A DNA stretch of 64,000 nucleotides from an uncultured Verrucomicrobiae bacterium (GTDB lineage Bacteria > Verrucomicrobiota > Verrucomicrobiia > Chthoniobacterales > UBA10450), in NCBI GenBank assembly GCA_963761585.1, contig CAVXHW010000012.1:18716-82715 (forward strand), given 5' to 3'. Each line of letters starts with the position of its first letter. Position 1 is the first letter of the stretch. This document shows positions 55,632 to 64,000 of this stretch, one piece after another. Position numbers and translations under genes: made by a program. Under the pieces are notes generated by a model. It was not told where the DNA came from. It did no database searches and saw only the letters and a program-made list of their open reading frames with translations.

Positions 55632-56941
55632 CTACTCCAAGGCGTAGACAAATCCGTCCGCGCTGCCGAAGTAAACGACTCCATTCACGACGAGCGGCGA
55701 AGAGTAAATTCCGCCGATCCGAATTTGCTGATCGGTTGCCACGAGCGGCGCTTCACGCCAGTTGGAATGATAGAGAAAGGGCACATTGAACCTTCGATCA
55801 CCGGTAAGCACCCAAGCGTTGTTTTGCTTGGACTTCTCGACCTGAAAATCCCAGAGCAGATCGCCAGTTTTCGCGTCGCGCGCTTCCAACGTCCCGTTCA
55901 GCACACCGAGAAAAACGACATCGCCAGCGACTGCCGGCGACGAAAACACGAACGCTTTTCCCTGCTGACGCACGATGGGCTTGCCGCTGTTTGCGTCAAC
56001 AACGTGGTACAAACTGGAGTCCGATGTGGCAAAGAACACTTTCCCGTCAGCAACCGCTGGCGATGTAATTACCCAGCTCAGGTCATTAAAGAATCGCCAT
56101 TTCTCTTTGCCGGTTGCCGCATCGAGCGCGTACAGATTCGAATCACGACAGCCGGTGTAAACCGTTCCGTTCACCACCGCAGGTGAAGATTGGAACCCGA
56201 CCTGATTGTGCATCATCGGGTCTTCGCCTCCGTGGAAACGCCATTTCTCTTTTCCTGTCGCAGCGTCCACGGCGTAGAAATAACTGTCCCAGCTTCCGAA
56301 AAACAAAACGCCGTCTGCGAGCGCGGGCGAGGCGTGCACAACATCGCCGGTTTTGAATTTCCAACGCAGATCGCCCGTGGCCGAATCGAGCGCGTAAAGG
56401 TTTCCGTCTCCGCTGCCGAAATAAACCACGCCATTCGCCGCAACTGGACTTGAGAGAAAAATATCAAACGGGTCGGCAATCGTCTGGTTCTTCGGTTGCA
56501 TTCCGTGCAAGCCTTTTGCTTCGAACCGGCGCTCACCGTCGGTGCAAACTTCCATTTCAACGCGCCGGTCTGCGCGTTGAACGCGTAAAATTTTCCGTCG
56601 TAACTGCCGACGTAAACCGTGCCGTCGGCGATCGCCGGCGTAGCGGGCACCGGTCCGTTCGTCGCTCGTTTCCAAATTTGACGACCGGTCGCGGCGTCGA
56701 CCGCGTACACATTTCCGTCGTCTCCGCCGAAGTAGATCACGTTATCTTTGAAGACCGGCGACGAAATCACGCGATCGCCGGTTGGAAATTTCCATTTAAC
56801 GCGATGGAATTGCCTCGGCGCCGGTCCCGCATACGTACCGGAGTGCATCGCATCACCGCGAAACATTGATTGCGCGTCGATCGCCGTCGCTGCGCAAAAC
56901 GTGGCCAGCAAAACGACAATTCCTGAAATCTTCTTTGTCAT
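55632..56941 (-). CDS. PQQ-like beta-propeller repeat protein (secreted); apparent 1-nt frameshift near 56553
   Basis: Start at MTKKISGIVVLLATFCAATAIDAQS. Repeats include 'SSPVFKDNVIYFGGDDGNVYAVDAATGRQIWK', 'GSYDGKFYAFNAQTGALKWKF' and 'GSGDGNLYALDSATGDLRWKF'. One extra T in a TTT run would join the frames (KF|CTDGERRFEAKG). Confidence 0.75.
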
Positions 56942-57640
56942 TTTGCGCGTACCAAAACCAGTGGGGTTTCGATCGCGGCCTGCCGAATTGCGCCTGTAAG
57001 CTTTCCATTCTCGAAGTCGCCCTTCGAAGCTGAATCCCATTTCGTGCGAATCGACCGTCACCAGATCGCCTTCCTGCGTGACGAGATCTACCGGCAGAAC
57101 GTTGTGCTTCCGCCCGACAATCACAAACTCCGCCGTCGCGCCATCCGGATGATTCGCAAACTTGATCGACACATGACGAGTGTAACCGAGCATTTCGTAG
57201 TCGCCTTTCCATTCGCCTTCGAGCTCCTTCGCCACTGGCGTGTTCCGCGGCGGATATTCAACCTGCGGCGGTCCCGTTTTTTGCAGCGACGCCGGTGCGC
57301 GATTTCCCGCTTGCTCAAAATTGCCGGTCAATTTGTTGTTCGCATCGAGTCGCAACTTCAATTGAATCCCGAGTGCGCCTTTCACTGCGAAATTTACATC
57401 GGGCGGTTGCACCTTGATGTCCGTGAGCGGCACGCCTTTTAATCCCAGGCCCGGGATGATGATCGACCCAACCCACGCGCCGTTTTCCTGCGCAAGATCG
57501 ACAACCACGGTTAATTCGTTGCCAGGAATCTGCGCAGTGCCCTCCCACCGGCCGCTGACTACGTCTTCTCCTCGACACGGCAACGCCGCAGCGACGATCA
57601 GGATCATCATCAACCGCACGAGCGCGCCGGCCGCTGTCAT
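56938..57640 (-). CDS. hypothetical secreted protein; apparent 1-nt frameshift near 57005
   Basis: An ATGA overlap with the speA stop gives MTAAGALVRLMMILIVAAALPC. The last ~25 codons read better in another frame (GKLTGAIRQAAIETPLVLVRAK*), which ends in a TGA overlapping the next ATG. Confidence 0.5.
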
Positions 57641-59595
57641 GAACTGAGCGGCAGCCAACTGCCCGGTTGCGCCGGCGCCTTTACGCCATTGAAACTCAGG
57701 TAGGTGTATTCCTGAAGGAAACGCTCGTAGTCATCGAGCAGTCGCATCGCATCGTTAGGCTTGAGGCGATCGGTCTTAATCGCCTCATCTACTTGCGCTT
57801 TGAGCCGGCGCATCAGCTCGAGTTTATCCCACTGCGTCATTGCGAGCACTTCCCCGATTGTGCTGCCCTCGATCACTTCCTCAATGTACCAGCCCGATTC
57901 TTCATCTGGATCGAGGAAAACGTGTACTTCCGTGACGCGGCCAAACAGATTATGCAGATCACCCATGATGTCCTGGTAAGCGCCCACCATGAACAGGCCG
58001 AGGTAATAAATTTCTCCGGGATGAATCCGATGCAGCGGCAGCGTTTCTTTCACGTCCTGCAAATCGACAAACTTGCAGACTCTTCCGTCTGAATCGCAGG
58101 TGATATCCACGATGGTGCCGTTGCGATCAGGCGGCGTGGTGAGCCGATGGATCGGCATGATCGGGAACAATTGGCCAAGCGCCCAATGATCGAGCAGCGA
58201 TTGGAACACGGAAAAATTGCAGATGTACTGATCGCCGAGCGTTGTTTCCAGGTGCTTCACTTCGTCCGGCACATAACGCAAGCCGCGATGCATGTTCACG
58301 ATTTGATGGGCGGCCTGCCAGTAAACCGTGTCGATCTTCGCTTTCGATTCGAGATCGAGCAGACCGAGATCGAATGTTTGCTGCGATTCCTCCTTGATTT
58401 GCTGGATGTCGTGCAGACTCTCAAGACGATTTCCGCGTTTCAACCGCTGTTTCACGTCAAGGATATCCGCTACCAGTTTGTGGTCCTTTTCGCTCGCTTC
58501 GACCTTGAGCTTCGGCGCAGTTTTTTCGATCGAACTAAACGCTTCGACCACCAGCACAGAATGATGCGCGACAGTGGCGCGCCCGCTCTCGCTCACAATC
58601 GCCGGATGCGCGACGCCTTCGGAGTCGCAAACGTCGATGATGTTCCAGACGACGTCGTTCGCGTATTCCTGGAGCGAATAATTGGTCGAGCTGTCAAAGT
58701 CGCTGCGCGATCCATCGTAATCGACACCGAGTCCGCCGCCGACGTCGAGATAACCAAGTTCGTGTCCAAGTTTCGCGAGCTTTGCGTAATATCGCGCGCC
58801 TTCGCGCACTGCGCGTTTGATCGTCGAAATGTCCGGCACCTGCGATCCGACGTGGAAATGGACAAGTTTCAGGCAATGCGCCAGCCCGGCGTCCTTTAAC
58901 ATCTGACTCGCAGCGACCAGATTCGTCGTGTCGAGGCCGAACTTGGCGTTCTCGCCGCCGCTCGGCGACCATTTACCGGAGCCTTTGCTGTATAAACGAG
59001 CACGAATTCCAATCCAAGGCTCGACGCCAACCTCCTTCGACGCGCGGATGATTTGCTCAACCTCTTCGAGCTTTTCGGCAACGATGACGACAGGTTTGCC
59101 TAGTTTGCGACCGAGCAACGCAAGGCGAATGAAAGCAGGATCCTTGTAGCCATTGCAGATGATCAAAGTCTCGGCGCCTTTTTGCATCGCAAGCGCGGCG
59201 ACCAGCTCTGGCTTGCTGCCCGCCTCGAGTCCAAAATTAAATTGTTCGCCTGCATCGACGATCTCTTCGACGACTTCGCGCAGCTGGTTGACCTTGATCG
59301 GAAAAACGCCGCGATAATGATTTTTATAGCCGAACTCAGCGATTGCGCTTTGAAATGCGCGATTAATTGCTTCGACCCGGTGACGGAGCAAATCCTGGAA
59401 CCGAATCAACAACGGAAAACCGAGGTTTCTGGCACGCGCTTCGTTGACGACTTCCAGCAAATCGATGGAACCGCCATCGTTCTTCAACGGCCGCGCTTCG
59501 ACGTTGCCGGAGCTGTTGACCGTAAAATAGCCCTCGCCCCATCCCTCCACGTTGTATGTGGCGATGGCTGATTCGATATCCCACTCTGATTTCAT
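57637..59595 (-). CDS. speA: biosynthetic arginine decarboxylase
   Basis: 'WDIESAIATYNVEGWGEGYFTVNSSGNV', 'GVFPIKVN' and 'HFHVGSQ'. The start is taken at MKSEWDI. Confidence 0.9.
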   Translation of the reverse strand: MKSEWDIESAIATYNVEGWGEGYFTVNSSGNVEARPLKNDGGSIDLLEVVNEARARNLGFPLLIRFQDLLRHRVEAINRAFQSAIAEFGYKNHYRGVFPIKVNQLREVVEEIVDAGEQFNFGLEAGSKPELVAALAMQKGAETLIICNGYKDPAFIRLALLGRKLGKPVVIVAEKLEEVEQIIRASKEVGVEPWIGIRARLYSKGSGKWSPSGGENAKFGLDTTNLVAASQMLKDAGLAHCLKLVHFHVGSQVPDISTIKRAVREGARYYAKLAKLGHELGYLDVGGGLGVDYDGSRSDFDSSTNYSLQEYANDVVWNIIDVCDSEGVAHPAIVSESGRATVAHHSVLVVEAFSSIEKTAPKLKVEASEKDHKLVADILDVKQRLKRGNRLESLHDIQQIKEESQQTFDLGLLDLESKAKIDTVYWQAAHQIVNMHRGLRYVPDEVKHLETTLGDQYICNFSVFQSLLDHWALGQLFPIMPIHRLTTPPDRNGTIVDITCDSDGRVCKFVDLQDVKETLPLHRIHPGEIYYLGLFMVGAYQDIMGDLHNLFGRVTEVHVFLDPDEESGWYIEEVIEGSTIGEVLAMTQWDKLELMRRLKAQVDEAIKTDRLKPNDAMRLLDDYERFLQEYTYLSFNGVKAPAQPGSWLPLSS

Positions 59596-59763
59596 TGTCG
59601 TTGCGCAGCGCGGTATCAACCGCAATGCGCATATTAATCAGCGTGCAGAACATTCAAGCCCGTACCGCGAAAATCTTCGTCTGACGCGTATGACATATAT
59701 GATGAGTGAGCGGCGTCCGGTGCACAGCTTGTTTTTCCTCTTCGTCCACGTACTGTTTCCGCG

Positions 59764-60234
59764 ATGAACAAGACGGTGATCGAGGTGCAGGTGCGGGCAG
59801 TTTTACCGACGAGCGGCGGGTGCGCGGTTTTCCTTGGCAACAATGAGAAGGTTTTCATCATCTACGTCGATCAAACCGTCGGCAGCGCCATCACAATGTT
59901 CATGCGTCACATCACCAAAGAGCGTCCTCTCACTCATGATTTGATGGCGCATTTGCTCGCGGCGCTCGGCGCAAAAGTCGAGCGCGTGATCATTAACGAT
60001 CTGAAGAACGCCACTTATTACGCGCGCGTCATCATTCAGGTCGAAAACGAGTTGCAGCAAAAAAAGATCATCGAGTTGGATGGACGACCGAGCGATTGCA
60101 TCGCCATGGCTACGCAGCAGAAGGCGCCCATTTACGTGAGCCAGGATGTGTGGGACGAAGTGGACGATATGAGCGATGTCCTGCGCAAGATGGAGGAAGA
60201 GGGACTAAAGACTGATCCTGAAGGGGAAGAGTAG
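59764..60234 (+). CDS. bifunctional nuclease (BFN/DUF151) family protein
   Basis: 'VQVRAVLPTSGGCAVFLGNNEKVFIIYVDQTVGSAI' and 'RPLTHDLMAHLL'. Confidence 0.75.
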   Translation: MNKTVIEVQVRAVLPTSGGCAVFLGNNEKVFIIYVDQTVGSAITMFMRHITKERPLTHDLMAHLLAALGAKVERVIINDLKNATYYARVIIQVENELQQKKIIELDGRPSDCIAMATQQKAPIYVSQDVWDEVDDMSDVLRKMEEEGLKTDPEGEE

Positions 60235-60266
60235 CGCTACGCGCAGTGTCTTCATTCTGCTCGAGC

Positions 60267-62028
60267 TTAGCCGAGCAGATCGCCATACCGACTGTCTGCC
60301 AGTTGCAGGCAACGCTCTAGAATTTCCGATGCAGTGTTGAGCTTCAATGTCTGCTCGACCAGTTCGCGGCATTCAGGAATGGTCAGGCTTTGCACGGCAC
60401 GCTTGACTCGCGGCACCAGGGTCGCTGATGCGCTGAGTTCATCCACTCCGAGGCCTAACAAAAGCGGCACCAGCGCGACATCACCCGCCATCTCACCGCA
60501 AACGCCCACCCAGATGTGGTTCGCGTGCGCCGCGTCGGCAACCATCTTGAGCAAACGAAGTATTGCCGGATGCGTCGGCTCGTACAGATACGCGACCTTT
60601 TCATTTACCCGGTCTACTGCAAGCGCGTACTGAATGAGGTCGTTTGTTCCGATACTGAAAAAATCGACCTCGCGTGCAAGCGCGTTTGCACAGATGGCAG
60701 CGCTTGGGATCTCGACCATCGCGCCAACTTCGACTTTTTCAGCCATCTCGATTTTTGAGCTGCGCAACTGTTGTTTACATTCCTCGAGCACGGCGATCGC
60801 GCGGCGCAATTCATCCAAGCCAGAGATCATGGGAAACATGACCTTTACATTGCCCACGGTGCTGGCGCGGAGAATGGCGCGCAGCTGCGTTTTAAAAATG
60901 TCCTGATTCTCAAGACAAAACCGGATCGCGCGCCATCCAAGGAAAGGGTTCAACTCATCGCCGATGTCCGCTGCACCAGTAGCCAGTTTATCGCCGCCCA
61001 AATCAAAAGTTCGAATGATTAGCGGATTCGGACGTACGCGCTCGGCAACCTTTCGGTAGGTTTCGTATTGCTCGTCCTCGCTTGGCAGGGTTTCGCGGTT
61101 CAAATAAAGAAACTCGGTGCGATAAAGTCCGATGCCCTCCGCGCCGTTGGCTGCAACCGCATCGACGTCTTCCGGAAGCTCGATATTTGCCGAAAGAACA
61201 ATGTGACGTCCATCGCGCGTGATGGAGGTCGTCTCGCGCAGTTGCTTCAGTTGCGCCGTGACTTTGGCCCTTCGTGATTCAATTTGCTTGTAGTGCTCCA
61301 GCGTTTCCGGCGTCGGATTGACGATCAACCAGCCATCGCTCCCATCGACAAGAACGTGCTGACCGGTTTCGAGCTTTGCAGTGATATCGTGCAAGCCTAG
61401 CACCGCCGGAATATTGAGAGAACGCGCCAGAATCGCGGCGTGCGAAGTGCGGCTGCCGAGGTCGGTGGCGATCCCGAGCACGTTGTCGCGGTTCATGCTT
61501 GCCGTGTCCGAAGGAGTAAGGTTATGCGCAACCAGAATGTGTGGCTGGGTCAGCGAAAGAAATGCCTTGGGAGCTTTCCCCTGCAGATTGCGAATTACTC
61601 GCTTCGTAACATCCTGAATGTCGAGTGCGCGTTCGCGCAGATACGGATCATCGATTTTGCTTAACGTCTCGGCATAGCGCGTGGCCACTTCCTGGAACGC
61701 CCACTCTACGTTGCAAAGATCGGTCTTGAGCTTTCGTCAGAACTTCATCGATCAACGTGCGGTCCTCGACCACCAGCAGGTGCGCATCGAAAATCGCTGC
61801 GTCTTTCGCGCCGATCGATTCGGCAATCCGCTGCTGCATCTCAAGGATCTGCATCCGCGTTTGGATGAGCCCGGCCTCGAACCGCCCGATTTCATCTGTA
61901 ACCTGCGATGGCGCAATCTGGTAACGCACCACTTCATCCATGTCCTCGCGGACGACATGAATTCTGCCGAAGGCGACTCCGGGCGAAACGCCAATTCCTT
62001 CAAACGGGATTTCCGGGTTGTCGCTCAT
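60267..62028 (-). CDS. ptsI: phosphoenolpyruvate-protein phosphotransferase (Enzyme I); apparent 1-nt frameshift near 61732
   Basis: The N-terminal ORF has 'GIGVSPGVAFGRIHV'. The C-terminal ORF has 'GSRTSHAAILARSLNIPAV' and 'FFSIGTNDLIQY'. Dropping one A from AAA joins them as ...EVLTK|LKTDLCNVEWAFQEVATRYAE. Confidence 0.9.
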
Positions 62029-62109
62029 CCGCTTCCGAGAGTAAGGCCAATGTCAAACTCACGAAAGTCCTTCGCGGTGCCAGTTGTGTGACATCGCGCG
62101 TCAGGCGAA

Positions 62110-62421
62110 TCACTCTTCGTTGAATCCCGCTTTGATAAGTTCCTCCAGCTCCTCCATCGCCTTATCGGCGTCTGGTCCGTCGCAGCGGATACGGAGCTTC
62201 GAGCCCTGCCCGGCAGCAAGCATCATCAGGCCCATGATGCTTTTGCCGTTTATCTCTTCGCCTTCCTTCGACACCCAAATTTCCGCGCGATGCCGACTGG
62301 CAATGCGCACAAACATCGCAGCCGGGCGCGCATGCAGCCCAAGCCGGTTCACGATTGTCACCTCTTTTTCGATCTTCTGCGCCGGTGCAGCGCGGCTGCC
62401 TTTTCGATACAACAATCCCAT
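62110..62421 (-). CDS. ptsH: phosphocarrier protein HPr
   Basis: 'GLHARPAAMF' (His15 region) and 'GKSIMGLMML' (Ser46 region). The start overlaps the hprK stop by 1 nt (TAATG). Confidence 0.85.
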   Translation of the reverse strand: MGLLYRKGSRAAPAQKIEKEVTIVNRLGLHARPAAMFVRIASRHRAEIWVSKEGEEINGKSIMGLMMLAAGQGSKLRIRCDGPDADKAMEELEELIKAGFNEE

Positions 62422-63419
62422 TACGTCGCCCTCTTCTGCTCCATCAACCGAAGCAACCTTGCATTGAAGTCAACGGCTGCGTTCTGTCCCATGCCTTTCA
62501 ATTTTTCGTCCATCGCAGCGACCTCGATCAACCGCGCCATGTCGCGCCCGGGTCGCACCGGAATGGTCACGTGCGGTACTTTGAGTCCGAGAATTTCATA
62601 AAATTCCCGGTCAAGCCCGATTCGGTCGACCTCTTCCACGTCCCCCCACTCCTTTAACGTGACAACGAGGTCGAGGCGTTTTTCTACTCGAATGCTTCCG
62701 ATGCCGAAAACCTTTGCCACATCAATGATGCCAATCCCACGCACCTCCATGTGATTGCGCGTCATTTCGGGCGCCGTGGCCATGAGTTCACGCCCCTCCT
62801 GCATCGTGATGCGCGTCACGTCGTCAGCTACAAGGCTGTAGCCGCGCTCAATCAACCCCAGCACACATTCGCTTTTCCCGATGCCGCTTGCGCCGCGGAT
62901 CAACACGCCAATACCCAAAATATCCACCATGCTTCCGAATTCCGTCACCGTTGGCGAGAAATCCATCTCAAGAGCGATCGTTGCAGCGTTGATGAACTTC
63001 ATTGTAATCATTGGAGTTCGGAACACCGCGATTTTTGCCTCGCCGGTGACACTCAGCAACTCCGGCGCGAGATGAAACCCGCGCGACATCACAAGACACG
63101 GAATTTTGTGTTTACATAAGTTACAAAACCGCTCGATGCGCATTCCGGCAGGTAAACTTTTCAGATAAGAATGTTCTGCCGCGCCCAGCACCTGCACACG
63201 TTTCTCGGCGAAATAGGTGTCGAACCCCGACAGCGCGAGTCCAGGTCTATTGATAGTCGGCTCTCGAATTTTTCGATGAAACCCCACGCGCGGACCCTCG
63301 AGCTTCATGTGCAGCTTTTCGGCGTGCGAATTGTAGAAGCTCTCGACGGTGACAATTGGAACGCTCTTCTGCTGATCGCTTGAGGATGTAATCGTTTGCG
63401 TCCCGGATTCTTCCGCCAT
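62421..63419 (-). CDS. hprK: HPr kinase/phosphorylase
   Basis: Walker A 'GASGIGKSE', 'GYSLVADD' and 'EVRGIGIIDV'. Confidence 0.9.
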   Translation of the reverse strand: MAEESGTQTITSSSDQQKSVPIVTVESFYNSHAEKLHMKLEGPRVGFHRKIREPTINRPGLALSGFDTYFAEKRVQVLGAAEHSYLKSLPAGMRIERFCNLCKHKIPCLVMSRGFHLAPELLSVTGEAKIAVFRTPMITMKFINAATIALEMDFSPTVTEFGSMVDILGIGVLIRGASGIGKSECVLGLIERGYSLVADDVTRITMQEGRELMATAPEMTRNHMEVRGIGIIDVAKVFGIGSIRVEKRLDLVVTLKEWGDVEEVDRIGLDREFYEILGLKVPHVTIPVRPGRDMARLIEVAAMDEKLKGMGQNAAVDFNARLLRLMEQKRAT

Positions 63420-63526
63420 CAGACGTAACTTCTAGCTTGAATACCCGCAATTTCCAATCTGCATCATGTCTTATCGCTGCCGTTTGCAGCAGGCGACAGC
63501 TGAGCGCGAGATTGCGGCTCGATTGA

Positions 63527-63868
63527 TTACCTTTTTTCCTGGTCCTGGTAGCGAATCACCTTGGCTCTTTCGAGGGTGACCAAACCGCCGCCCATGATTT
63601 CATCAAGCACAGGCAGGAATGCGTTCACTTTCTCTTCGGAGTCCACGATCTCGATCACGATTGGAAGGTCCATGGACAGGCGAAGAATTTTTGCCGTGTG
63701 CAAATGGCTTGATTTTCCAAATCCCATCGGGCCGCGCAACACCGTTGCGCCGGCCATCTGCATCTCGCGCGCCTTCAAAACGATCGCCTCGTACAATGGC
63801 TGATGGCGATGGCGATCGCTTTCGCCGATAAAAATCCGCAGCAGGACGGCGTCTTGGGGAATTTGCAT
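63527..63868 (-). CDS. DUF190 (PII-like fold) protein
   Basis: 'LLRIFIGESDRHRHQPLYEAIVLKAREMQMAGATVLRGPMGFG'. This family is commonly adjacent to crcB. Confidence 0.7.
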   Translation of the reverse strand: MQIPQDAVLLRIFIGESDRHRHQPLYEAIVLKAREMQMAGATVLRGPMGFGKSSHLHTAKILRLSMDLPIVIEIVDSEEKVNAFLPVLDEIMGGGLVTLERAKVIRYQDQEKR

Positions 63869-63878
63869 ATGTTGTTTC

Positions 63879-64000
63879 TATTTTGGCAGGAGCATGAGAG
63901 CGAGAACGCGCCCGAGCCATACGGCTGCGAGGCAACAACCGAACGACAGCACCGTGTTCAGCAGCGCCTTCAACCAATCTCCATCACGAGCGAAATCGAG
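63879..64000 (-). CDS. crcB: fluoride channel CrcB, C-terminal fragment (gene starts beyond the window end)
   Basis: Manual translation gives ...LDFARDGDWLKALLNTVLSFGCCLAAVWLGRVLALMLLPK*, a CrcB-like C-terminus, with DUF190 as the neighbouring gene. Confidence 0.5.

Noticed and set aside
63420-63526. I considered a possible fluoride riboswitch near the crcB/DUF190 genes.
   Set aside because: This gap is downstream of DUF190, not upstream of crcB. The crcB 5' region lies beyond the window end, and I could not recognise the crcB-motif pseudoknot here.

Overview
This is 64 kb of bacterial chromosome. The gene content suggests a soil Verrucomicrobiota- or Planctomycetota-like organism: a DUF1573/rhodanese/MauE cluster, an ECF sigma plus Ser/Thr kinase pair, many secreted hypotheticals and GTCATTCTGAGCGAAG-type palindromic repeats. 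That taxonomy is inference only.

Most of the window is housekeeping: rfbB/rfbD, floA, amtB, two pilT-family ATPases, gatB, aroC, a cystathionine beta-synthase/gamma-lyase pair, rpsA, asnS, speA, hprK-ptsH-ptsI, a partial crcB and two tRNA-Leu genes.

The accessory part lies at about 10.5-27 kb and has three pieces:
- A ~6.4-kb islet is bounded by a 43-nt direct repeat of the 5' half of tRNA-Leu(CAA). It carries tailspike- and tail-fibre-like genes, a HEPN-like ORF and nonsense-mutated genes, with no recognisable integrase.
- Directly beside the intact tRNA is a three-gene unit joined by ATGA start/stop overlaps. It encodes two paralogous stand-alone SIR2-like proteins and a ~1060-aa STAND-type P-loop NTPase with a central hydrophobic helix and a beta-propeller-like C-terminus. 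This is my top candidate for an undescribed conflict or defence system.
- An ECF sigma and Ser/Thr kinase pair follows. The kinase's C-terminal module recurs as two tandem secreted paralogues.

At least three families of dispersed structured repeats fill intergenic gaps.

About eleven single-nucleotide frame breaks interrupt conserved genes, including gatB and ptsI, so assembly indels are likely and frameshift 'pseudogenes' should be treated cautiously.

I recognised no rRNA, CRISPR array, transposase or integrase. All family assignments rest on motif reading by eye; no searches were run.
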